Of a DNA stretch of 64,000 nt, positions 22,461-31,183 are shown piece after piece (position 1 is the first letter of the stretch; the number at the start of each line of letters is the position of its first letter). The DNA lies in the NCBI GenBank assembly GCA_963785305.1, contig CAWAUV010000007.1, positions 544,001 to 608,000 on the forward strand. Direction: 5' to 3'. The stretch comes from an uncultured Planctomycetaceae bacterium. Its GTDB lineage: Bacteria > Planctomycetota > Planctomycetia > Pirellulales > PALSA-1355. The notes below the pieces were generated by a model. The model searched no databases and was not told the origin of the DNA. It saw nothing but the letters and a program-made list of their open reading frames with translations. Made by a program: the position numbers and the translations under genes.

Positions 22461-22494
22461 ACTCCCCACCTCTCCCTTTGGGAGAGGGGGGAGT
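22461..22494. repeat. Palindrome (second REP-like class or terminator)
   Basis: actcccc-a-cctctccc-ttt-gggagagg-ggggagt between convergent genes. Confidence 0.55.
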
Positions 22495-22766
22495 GAGAGC
22501 TCGCTGAAGTTCTCCGATAGGCACTAAGTTCAAGTTTCGCGTTTTTTGCTAGCACTCGAATCGCCGATTTCTCGTGGGTTTTGCACAGTTTGACGGCCGA
22601 ACTGCCAATTTTTGCATGTTACCGAGAGGCCGAAGGTTGCCGGAAACGCGCCGAAATCGGAGAAACCACGACGAATCGGGCTATCGGAACTTTTGAAAAC
22701 CGCGAAAGTCGAACTAAGCGCGAAGCTTACCGCGAACGCTCATCGCGCCGGGCCCAGGTTCTCGGC

Positions 22767-23727
22767 TCACACCGCCGAGAAGGCTTCGCGAATCTCGTTC
22801 AGATATCGCGGACACGCCTCGCGGGCCGGCTCGTCTTCTTCGTACTCCAGCACGATATAGCCGCGGTAGCCGGAGTCGGCCAGCAGCCGAGCCAGCCGGC
22901 CAAAGTCGGTTGGCCGCTTCTTGCCATCGGGTCCGCTGACGACCACTTTCACTTGCACATTGATCGCATAGGGCGCGAGCTTGGCGAGATCGCCTTCGAT
23001 GTCGTCGCCATGAAAGTTGCCGGTGTCGAGGTTCACGCCGAACCAAGGACTTTGCACCGCACGCACAAGCGCCAGCATCGAGTCGGCCGTGGCCGTGAGC
23101 CCGCCATGATTCTCGAGCGCCAAATGCACCCCGCTTGCCCGCCAACTGACAAGAAGCCTCGATCGCCTCGACGACGAGTCGAGTCGCTTCGGCCGTGGAG
23201 AGCGATCGCGGCGAGCCCGAGAAAATGCGAATCGTCGGGCGCGCCGAGCAGCGCGGCGTTTTCGATCCAGCGCCGGCGCGCTCGAGCTGTTCGTCGCGCT
23301 CGCGGCCGGGCGGCAGGGCAAAGTCATTGCCGATCGCCGTGCCCGAGATATCGAGCCCCTGACGAAAGCACTGGGACTTGATGGCGAGCAGAGTCTCGGG
23401 CTTCACGTTGTCGGGATATCCGGGAATGTAGTAGCTCGTGAGCTCGACCGCTTGGGCCCGCATTTTGGCGGCGTCGGCGATGAAGTCGTCGAGCGAGAGC
23501 CGGTTGTCTTTGGCGGTGAACAGCTTGCGATAGCTGTAGGCGGCGATGCTGTATTTGAAATGGCTCCCGCCGTGGCGGGCGATCGGCTCGATGGCCCTGG
23601 CTGGCCAGCGGGCGGTGAGCGAGCTCGCAAGCACGCCGGCGCCGGCAAGGCAGCAATGCCGCAAGAACTCGCGGCGCGACCGGGAGCCGCTTTCAAGAGG
23701 CGGGCGGAGCGAATGTCGCGGGCTCAT
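22767..23727 (-). CDS. Tat-exported sugar phosphate isomerase/epimerase (xylose-isomerase-like TIM barrel); frameshifted
   Basis: SRREFL; IAAYSYR, VELTSYY, IRIFSG, LALENHGG, NLDTGNF, VLEYE. Confidence 0.85.
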
Positions 23728-24125
23728 GGGCGGCAAACCTTCGGGATTCGTGGGACTATTAAGAAGTATAAGAGATGCGCGGGTCGGGCGGCGCTCGGCG
23801 CGGCGACGCCGATTGCCGGCGCCGCGAAGCATGCTGCCAGCGAGTCAAAAAACGGCGAATCTTTCGGCTGCGATATTTACCCAAAGTTTAACGTGGGAGC
23901 AGTCGATAAATCCACGGCCAGATTTTGCGTTGCCGCGCCCCGCCACGTGCGCGTGCGGCGAATGCAATGCTGGCGCGGTTTTTCGGGGGGGGCAAACTCG
24001 ATTTCGGTCATGCGACAAGGCGGCGCCCGAAAGCTCGGCGGAAGCGAGCGGGGGTGGCGGCTTGGGGCTGGCGGTGCGCACCTGGCGCCGTCTCCCAGCG
24101 GCGCGACTGCGAGGAACCCTGATCG

Positions 24126-26407
24126 ATGGCTTGGCGCGTTTCCTTAAGCTGGTTGACGCGGATCGGTGTGCTGGCGAGCGTCGCTGGCTGCCATCCGACG
24201 AATGCCGGTCCACTTGTTCGACGATGGCGATCTCTCGCACTACGTCGATAAAGCGACCCAAATCGAGTACCCCGATGCCCAAACCACGCTGCTCGAAGAC
24301 GTGGAAAAGGCCGAACCGCCGCTGACGCTCGAAAACATGGATGCCAAGAGCATCTGGGAGCTGAAGCTCGAGGAAGCGGTGCAATTCTCCCTGGCCAACG
24401 CCAAGGTGATGCGTTCGCTCGGCGGACGCTACGCCACGAGCGCCGCCACCCAGCGACCGCAAGTCGGCGAAGCGCCCGACTCGATCATGACCGCGCCCGA
24501 CAATAGCCGCGGCGTCTATGATCCGGCCCTCACCGAAACCACGCCGGTCACGGGCGTCGAGGCCGCGCTGGCCGCCTTCGACACCCAGCTCACCAGCAAC
24601 CTGAACTGGCAGCACAATCACCATCCGAACAACGTCCGCACCAGCGGCATTTACCGAAATTTCAATCAGCAGTTCTATAAGGAAGACAACAGCACCTTCA
24701 ACACCCAGTTGACCAAGATGACGGCCACGGGCGGCCAGTTTTCGATCGCCGAAAACTTGTTCTACGATTATCTCAACACGCCGTCGCTGGCCATTCCCAG
24801 CAGTTGGAACGTCAACTATCAGTTCAGCATGAACCAGCCGTTGCTCGCCGGCGCCGGCACGCAGTTCAACCGCATCGCCGGTCCGTTCAACCCCTTCGCG
24901 GGCATTATTTCGTCGAACGGTTCGACGATCGGCACCACCACGTTCGACGGCGTGATGCTGGCCCGCATCAACACCGACATCAGCCTCGCCGACTTCGAGG
25001 GCGGTGTGCGCAATCTGGTGAGCGACACGGAAAACGCTTACTGGGAACTGTACTTCGCCTACCGCGCCCTCGAGGCCAGCAAGGTGGGCCGCACCAGCGC
25101 CTTGCAAACCTGGCGCAAGATTGACGCCCTGTATCTCGTGGGCGCCAAGCGGCGGCGAAGCGGAGAAAGAGGCCCAGTCGCGGGCCCAATACTTCCAGTT
25201 CCGCGCCCAGGTACAGACTTCGCTCAACGATCTGTTCCGCGCCGAGAATCGCCTCCGCTATGTGATGGGGCTCTCGGTGTCCGATGGCCGGTTGATTCGT
25301 CCGGCCGATGAGCCGACGACGGCCAAGGTGAACTTCGAATGGCGCGATATCCACTGCGAAGCGTTGGCTCGCAGCCCCGAACTTCGTCGTCAAAAGTGGC
25401 GGATCAAAGAACGCGAACTCGAAATCATCGCGGCGAAGAATCTGTTGATGCCCCGCTTGGACGCCGGCGGTTACTACCGTCTGGTGGGCCTCGGCGATCA
25501 GCTCTACAACAACGCCGATCCCAGTGTCGTGAACGGTCTAGTGGGCACGAGCGCCTTGGGTGTGCTCGGCACCGGCCAGTTCGCCGAATGGCAGGCCGGC
25601 TTCAACTTTGCCATGCCGATCGGTTTCCGGCGCGAAATGTCGCAAGTGCGGCACTACGAAATGCAGCTCGCCAAGGAAAAGTCGCGTCTGCAAGACGAAG
25701 AGCTGGAAGTCTCGCATCAGGTGGCCGACGCCGTTCGCATGCTCGAATTCAACTACAACCTGGCCCAAACGAACTTCAACCGTCGCGTGGCCACGGAAAA
25801 ACAAGTCGCGGCCGTGCAAGTGGCGTTTGACTCGAACACCGTGACGCTCGACCTCCTGCTCAATGCCCAGCAGCAGCGGGCCGACGCGGAGATCGCCTAT
25901 TACCGGGCCCTGGTCGACTATGTGCGCGGCATCATTCAGGTCCACTATCGAAAGGGCTCGCTGCTTGAGTACAATAATGTGTACTTGGCGGAAGGACCCT
26001 GGCCGGCCAAGGCCCAGTTCGATGCGCTGCGATTGGCGCGGCAGCGAGATGCGAGCGTGTTTTTGAACTACGGGTTCACGCGTCCGAAGGTCATCAGCCG
26101 CGGGGCTTACACCCAGTTTGCCCATGGCCCCTCGGACGAACCGACGGAACCGCCGCTCGCTTCGCCGCAAGAAGAATCGCCCGCCGGGCCCACGCCGGAG
26201 CAGGTTCCGCCGGCGCCAAACGGCCCGGTCGGCCAACCGCCGCTGGACCAGCCGCCAGGAGGTTCGCCGCCGGGGGGCGCACGGCGACTCCGGAAACCAA
26301 CGAACCGATCGGCGATCGACAGGCGGGAGATCGCGGGCCGGCGCTCGAGCCCGATGCGTCGCAGCCGCCTTCGGGCGGATTTTCCTGGGGGAATCTCGGC
26401 GGACTAG
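24126..26407 (+). CDS. TolC-family outer membrane efflux lipoprotein; frameshifts ~24200 and ~25150
   Basis: ATG 24126 gives lipobox VAGC; QPLLAGAG, ENAYWEL, SPELR, LLNAQ; Pro-rich tail; end uncertain. Confidence 0.8.
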
Positions 26408-26536
26408 GCGGTGGATCGAACTCGAGCACGCCGCGAGCCGGCGCCCAACCAACGGGCGCCGCGGGCCCCGCGACTCGAAGCGGCGCGAGCGGACCGTCTG
26501 CTCGCGCCGGCGCCCGTGGAACACCAACCGCCAACT

Positions 26537-27595
26537 ATGAGCCTATCGAAGATCAGCCGTCTGGTGCAGCTAATCGGTCTCTTGCAGGTGGGTAAGGGGC
26601 TCGGCGTGAGCCACTTGGCCGAGCAGTGCGGAGTAAGTCGCCGGACCATCTTTCGCGATCTCGAAGTCTTGCGACAAGCGCGAGTGCCGCTGATCCTCGA
26701 CGAACAGGCCGGGCTCTATCGCATCGCCGGCGCCTATTCGCTTCCGCCCACGCAATTCACCGCCGAGGAAGCCCTCGCCATGTTGGTGATCTGCCGCGAA
26801 CTGGGCCAAGAACAACGACTGCCCTTCTATAGCGCCGCGAAAACGGCGGCGCTCAAGCTCGAAAGCAGCCTGCCGGGCCCCTTGCGCGAAGAGCTCCGCG
26901 AGTCCGCCGCCGCGGTGCGAATTCACCTGGAGCCGCGTAATCCGTTGACCGAGCATCGCCCCTGCTACGATCGCCTGATCGAATGCGTGACCCGGCGCCA
27001 GCCGGCGCGAATTCGCTACGACAGTTTCAGCGATCGCGAAATCATCGAGACGAAGCTTTCGCCCTATCGCTTGCTATTTAGCCGGCATAGCTGGTATGTG
27101 GTCGGGCGCTCTTCCGTGCATCGCGAAATCCGCACCTTCAATGTCGGCCGCATCTTGAGCCTCGAGCCGATCGACGAAACCTTTCAGCCGCCGCGAGGTT
27201 TCAGCATCGAACGCTATCTCGGAAATGCCTGGCGCCTGATCGCCGAACCGGGCCCGGATATCGTGGTTCGCATTCGCTTCGAGCCGCTGGTGGCTCGGAA
27301 CGTGGCCGAGGTTGCTTGGCACAAAACCCAGCAATGCCGCTTTCACGACGATGGCTCGCTCGAGTTCACTGTTACCGTGTCGGGATTGAATGAAATCTCG
27401 TGGTGGATTCTCGGCTACGCGGACCAAGCCGAAGTGCTCGAACCGGCCGCCCTGCGCGCTCTGGTCCAACAGCGGGCCAGCCGGCTCGTCGAGCGCTATG
27501 CCCAGCGCGACTCCGCCGAAGCCGATGGCACTACCCTGGCGCCGATCGATCCGTCGGCGCCCGAGCGAACCTCGCCGCGTCGCAATGCGCGTTGA
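26537..27595 (+). CDS. HTH-WYL-WCX transcriptional regulator (YafY/PafB-like)
   Basis: LAEQCGVSRRTIFRDL; SPYRL...WYVVG...RTFNVGRI; WWILGYADQAEVLEPAALR. Confidence 0.93.
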   Translation: MSLSKISRLVQLIGLLQVGKGLGVSHLAEQCGVSRRTIFRDLEVLRQARVPLILDEQAGLYRIAGAYSLPPTQFTAEEALAMLVICRELGQEQRLPFYSAAKTAALKLESSLPGPLREELRESAAAVRIHLEPRNPLTEHRPCYDRLIECVTRRQPARIRYDSFSDREIIETKLSPYRLLFSRHSWYVVGRSSVHREIRTFNVGRILSLEPIDETFQPPRGFSIERYLGNAWRLIAEPGPDIVVRIRFEPLVARNVAEVAWHKTQQCRFHDDGSLEFTVTVSGLNEISWWILGYADQAEVLEPAALRALVQQRASRLVERYAQRDSAEADGTTLAPIDPSAPERTSPRRNAR

Positions 27596-27630
27596 AAATT
27601 CCATTGTTTCCCACCAAGGCGCCCAATCGC

Positions 27631-28284
27631 ATGTTCTTTTCCTTCGATGGCCTCGATGGGGCCGGCAAATCGACGCAGCTCGACCTGTTTTGCGACTATC
27701 TCGCGAGCCGCGGACACACCGTCGCGCGATGCGTCGATCCGGGCAGCACGCCCTTGGGCGAACAGTTGCGCTCGCTCCTGCTCACGCAGCCGGGCCCGGC
27801 GATCGGTTCCGTGGCCGAGATGCTGCTGTTCATGGCGGCCCGGGCCCAAATGGTCGAGGAGCGAATCGCGCCGGCTTTGGCCAGGGGCGAGGTGGTGGTG
27901 TCGGACCGCTATGTGCTGGCCAACGTGGTGTATCAAGGCCACGCGGCGGGGCTCGATGTCGCGTGGCTCTGGGACCTGGGTCGGAAAGTGACCCGTGGAG
28001 TGATGCCGAATCTGACTTTCGTGCTCGATCTCGCGCCGGAAGACGCCGTGGAGCGGCTGCGGCGTCCGCTCGATCGCATGGAGCAACGCGGCGACGAGTT
28101 TCACCGCCGCTTGCGGACCGGCTACCAATCCGAGGCGGCGCGGACACCGCGCGAGATTATCATGATCGACGCCCGCCCGGGGATCGAAGAAGTGCAAGCC
28201 CGAATCCGCGAACTAGCCGACGCCCGCCTCGCCGAGCGAAACCAAGCGTCCACGCGGCCCGAGACATCAGGCGACGCCTGCTGA
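27631..28284 (+). CDS. tmk: Thymidylate kinase
   Basis: FDGLDGAGKSTQ, LLFMAARAQ, SDRY..ANVVYQG, DRME. Confidence 0.95.
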   Translation: MFFSFDGLDGAGKSTQLDLFCDYLASRGHTVARCVDPGSTPLGEQLRSLLLTQPGPAIGSVAEMLLFMAARAQMVEERIAPALARGEVVVSDRYVLANVVYQGHAAGLDVAWLWDLGRKVTRGVMPNLTFVLDLAPEDAVERLRRPLDRMEQRGDEFHRRLRTGYQSEAARTPREIIMIDARPGIEEVQARIRELADARLAERNQASTRPETSGDAC

Positions 28285-28386
28285 AACCGCTTGTCCCCCG
28301 TGCAATTCAAGCACGTCGACGTCAGCCGATTGCTTGCGTCGGGAAGATGACGGGTGTGCTACGAGAGCGCACGACAACCTCCTTCA

Positions 28387-28475
28387 CGATTCCTGACCGG
28401 GGTCTCACACGGGGCTTCCGTCTCTCGATGCCCCTTGTCCCAACTGCCGTTGGGACGAGGGTTTGACAAAAGCGG
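28387..28475. repeat. att-like direct repeat, distal copy
   Basis: cgattcctgaccggggtctcacacggggcttccgtctctcgatgccccttgtcccaactgccgttgggacgagggtttgacaaaagcgg; about 73/90 identical to 30862-30951 by hand alignment. Confidence 0.85.
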
Positions 28476-28661
28476 CAGAATCGCTGTTCCGCGAAACTTG
28501 GCTCACGATGGCCAGCTAATCGGTGAGTGCGGTTGTTCTGTGCTGCCATCGGACAAGCGCTGACCAACCCGCGAGGAATTAGCTCGATAATTACGTCAGT
28601 CGATGTGAGTCCGAAGCGCGCAACAAGCGCTAAAGAAGAAATGGTGAACAAATCGGTTTGT

Positions 28662-29333
28662 CTACACCACGTTGTTGCCAAGTGCATTATCGAGCATCTC
28701 TCCCTCGACGGTTCCATGCTGAATCAGCAGCGCGGTCAGGGCCTCATGGTGAACAGCGCGGCGCGTGAGGACTTCCAAAGCTCGCTCTTCAGCAGCGATC
28801 ACCTCCAGCATCGAGTTGCGCTGGACCAGAAATAAAAACAACGCGGTCTTGTCGCGGTCGGCGATCGCATTCTGCATGCTTGGTGGATTCTGGAGCAGCC
28901 ACTGGTTGTTCTGGATTCGAGCGCTGACACGCTCGATTGCTCCATTTTGCAGGTTTTCTGCGAGGTGACCGGCTACGAGCATGGTGACGTAGCCGAGGAT
29001 GCTCGGGCGGATGGCATCGCGTTGAGCGGCATTATCACAGTTCATCGCGTTCATTGCCGCTTGAAACGCGCCCCAATCGGCCTGCGCCAACTGATGTTGG
29101 TGTTCTCCGTTAGGTCCAATGGGGTCAATGTTCACCCGAGTCACCTGGTAGCCCAAATCATCGATGACCACCGCATGGGCCGCTTCGTGCCGGGCTTGTT
29201 GCGGGTTGAATGCTGGCGGGGGAGCATGCCCGCCCTCACCGGCACCGGCCGCTTGGGCTTGGATCTGCTGCGCGCCGTTGTTTTGGCCTTGGTTGTTTCC
29301 GTTCGCCATCTCTGGAGCGTCTTTCACGTTCAT
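28662..29333 (-). CDS. Stand-alone FtsH/M41-like zinc metallopeptidase domain
   Basis: RHEAAHAVV (HEXXH), V.RVNIDP, LVAGHLAE, C-term ALEVL...EALTALLIQHGTVEG; no AAA+ or TM. Confidence 0.65.
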   Translation of the reverse strand: MNVKDAPEMANGNNQGQNNGAQQIQAQAAGAGEGGHAPPPAFNPQQARHEAAHAVVIDDLGYQVTRVNIDPIGPNGEHQHQLAQADWGAFQAAMNAMNCDNAAQRDAIRPSILGYVTMLVAGHLAENLQNGAIERVSARIQNNQWLLQNPPSMQNAIADRDKTALFLFLVQRNSMLEVIAAEERALEVLTRRAVHHEALTALLIQHGTVEGEMLDNALGNNVV

Positions 29334-29379
29334 TGTTGCGATTGATGGCTTCCAGTCATGATGTCTGCCGGTCAGCGGA

Positions 29380-30186
29380 TCAGGGCTTTGCGACCACAGC
29401 GGCCCGGAGTTGCTGGCAAGCGAAGCGAAGATCCACGGTCGCGACGACGCGCTTGGTCGGCAGCCACGAGCTTTGCATGGAGCAGACGAGGGCCTTCATG
29501 TCCTTGCCGGGCTGCTCCCAGAACGCGAACACCGGGCAGCCGCTCATCCCCACGATATCGAGATCCGGCCGGGAAGGCTCCATGACCTTGAAGTACCGCA
29601 TTTTGTCCGTCTGGTGGGCGTACACCGGCTCGACGCCAGCAGCCGGCTCAACTCGCAGGAAGACTGGCTGGATTCCCGCTTGGCCGAGGGTGTTGAGTTC
29701 CATGTTCTGAAGCGGCAAGCCCAGCTCGGCAAATTTCGAGAACTCCGGCGGAAGTTCCTGGTCCCAATACCGCTCCTCAACGACGATGACGTTGTTGGCG
29801 CGGAGGATGGCACGCTCCGAAGGGATGAGCTTGATGGCACCGAAATCAAGGCCCTCGTGCCGATCGATGCAGAATTCGGGTTCCCGGTAGCTGAACTTCA
29901 CCAGCTCCCGGTTGATGGCGAACGTGCCCATCCCGGAGTGGATCACGAAGGTGTGGGTGAGTTGCGGGTGACTGGCGATGTACTGCCTGATGGCGTTGAA
30001 GACGTGGCCGCAGGTAACGAGGTACCAATCCCCGTTCAACTCGACCACGAATCCGCTGGTGAAGAACTTCTTCTCCGTGGCGGGTGGGATCAGTTTCGAG
30101 GAAACGGAGATGCACCCCAGGCTCACCAGGAAATGGCCCATGTACCTGACGAAGTCGAGGTCCTTTTCATTTTGGGTAATAACCAT
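29380..30186 (-). CDS. Cytoplasmic trypsin-like serine protease
   Basis: TSGFVV...YLVTCGH (His), DFGAIKL (Asp), GMSGCPVF (Ser); purine-rich RBS before ATG 30186; no signal peptide. Confidence 0.75.
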   Translation of the reverse strand: MVITQNEKDLDFVRYMGHFLVSLGCISVSSKLIPPATEKKFFTSGFVVELNGDWYLVTCGHVFNAIRQYIASHPQLTHTFVIHSGMGTFAINRELVKFSYREPEFCIDRHEGLDFGAIKLIPSERAILRANNVIVVEERYWDQELPPEFSKFAELGLPLQNMELNTLGQAGIQPVFLRVEPAAGVEPVYAHQTDKMRYFKVMEPSRPDLDIVGMSGCPVFAFWEQPGKDMKALVCSMQSSWLPTKRVVATVDLRFACQQLRAAVVAKP

Positions 30187-30447
30187 TTCGATTCCCCCAG
30201 CAGCCGTTTGCTGACCAATCGTCAGGAAGTGTCGGCACATTCATTTTTGATCAAATGTAATCAAACAGAATTCTCATCGCGTCAATCACGCCGTTTGCTT
30301 CGTGATCGACATTATAACCGGCTTGATACTAGTTGGGACAGCATCTTGCGCGCCACGGTAGCGACACACCGATGCATATTCTTTTGGTTCGACGTTACCC
30401 GATTGCTTTCGTCGTAAAATTGACCAAGTGCTCCTGGGCAACTTGGT

Positions 30448-30861
30448 TTAGCGTTCGGTCGTTCGCGACGAATCGTGCCCGAGCGTCAGGCTGGTCATCT
30501 TAACGTCGTCTGTTTTCAGGATGGAATTCGTCGCGGCGCGATGGCGGAGCGTGTCGTGACCACGTCCGTCAGGCCGGACTTTTGGCGCAATGTGTCCATC
30601 CGTTTTTCCAGGGCGCCGCGCGTCCGGGCTTCGTTCTTGGAATTCGCGAAGCGGAAATCCGACGTGCCGCGGGCCTTAAGCCACCCGAGCAAGCGCGCCA
30701 TGCGAGGGATCGAGGGAATGATCTTCGGCTTTCCCGTGCGCTTGGGCTTTTGGTGAGACAAAAGAGCGACGTTCTGCTCCCGGCGAATATGTTCCGATCG
30801 CAGTCGGGCAATCGCCGGGTCGGCAAAACGTCCATTCCATCGCGAAGAAGAAGCGCTGGCC
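30448..30861 (-). pseudogene. Tyrosine integrase catalytic-domain relic
   Basis: Across three frames: FFAMEWTFCRPG / IARLRSEHI...KRTGKPKIIP...RMDTLRQKSGL / TLRHRAAT...LTLGHDSSRTTER* with TAA (30448-30450) at the catalytic Tyr. Confidence 0.8.
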
Positions 30862-30951
30862 CGATTCCTGTCCGGGGATATCACATGAGGCTTCCGTCTC
30901 TCGAAGCCCGTTGTCGTAACTGCCATTGAGACAATGGGTTAATCAAAGCGG
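30862..30951. repeat. att-like direct repeat, tRNA-proximal copy
   Basis: cgattcctgtccggggatatcacatgaggcttccgtctctcgaagcccgttgtcgtaactgccattgagacaatgggttaatcaaagcgg; overlaps tRNA 3' end. Confidence 0.85.
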
Positions 30952-31031
30952 AGGGCATGGGATTCGAACCCACAACCCCTTGCGGGGCACCTGATTTCGA
31001 GTCAGGCCGCTGGCCAATTCGCTTACCCTCC
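30949..31031 (-). tRNA. tRNA-Ser (CGA), long variable arm, CCA not encoded
   Basis: GGAGGGT/GCCCTCC acceptor; CCTGA-CT-CGA-AA-TCAGG; CCCC-GCAA-GGGG; GTTCGAATC. Confidence 0.92.
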
Positions 31032-31183
31032 GGGGATCGCCAATTATACGCCGCCCTGCGGCCCTCTCGTCAAGACCTTCCCCCACTTTCGAGCAGGGCG
31101 CACGCACGGGCGCGAATAGGGCGGCGCCAAGTGACCCCGCTCGATTGGGCGGCGAGGCGTTCGAGACATTGGGCGGCGTGGAT

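Larger units (their letters stand above)
28387..30951. mobile_element. Decayed integrative islet at tRNA-Ser 3' end
   Basis: Flanking ~90 bp direct repeats, integrase relic, visibly lower GC, cargo of two protease-like genes. Confidence 0.75.

Noticed and set aside
28465..28500. Displaced tRNA 3' fragment (classic attR)
   Set aside because: Identity to the tRNA stops after about 3 nt; no T-arm
30516..30926. 136-aa ORF as a real gene
   Set aside because: It starts inside the att-like repeat and is one frame of the integrase relic
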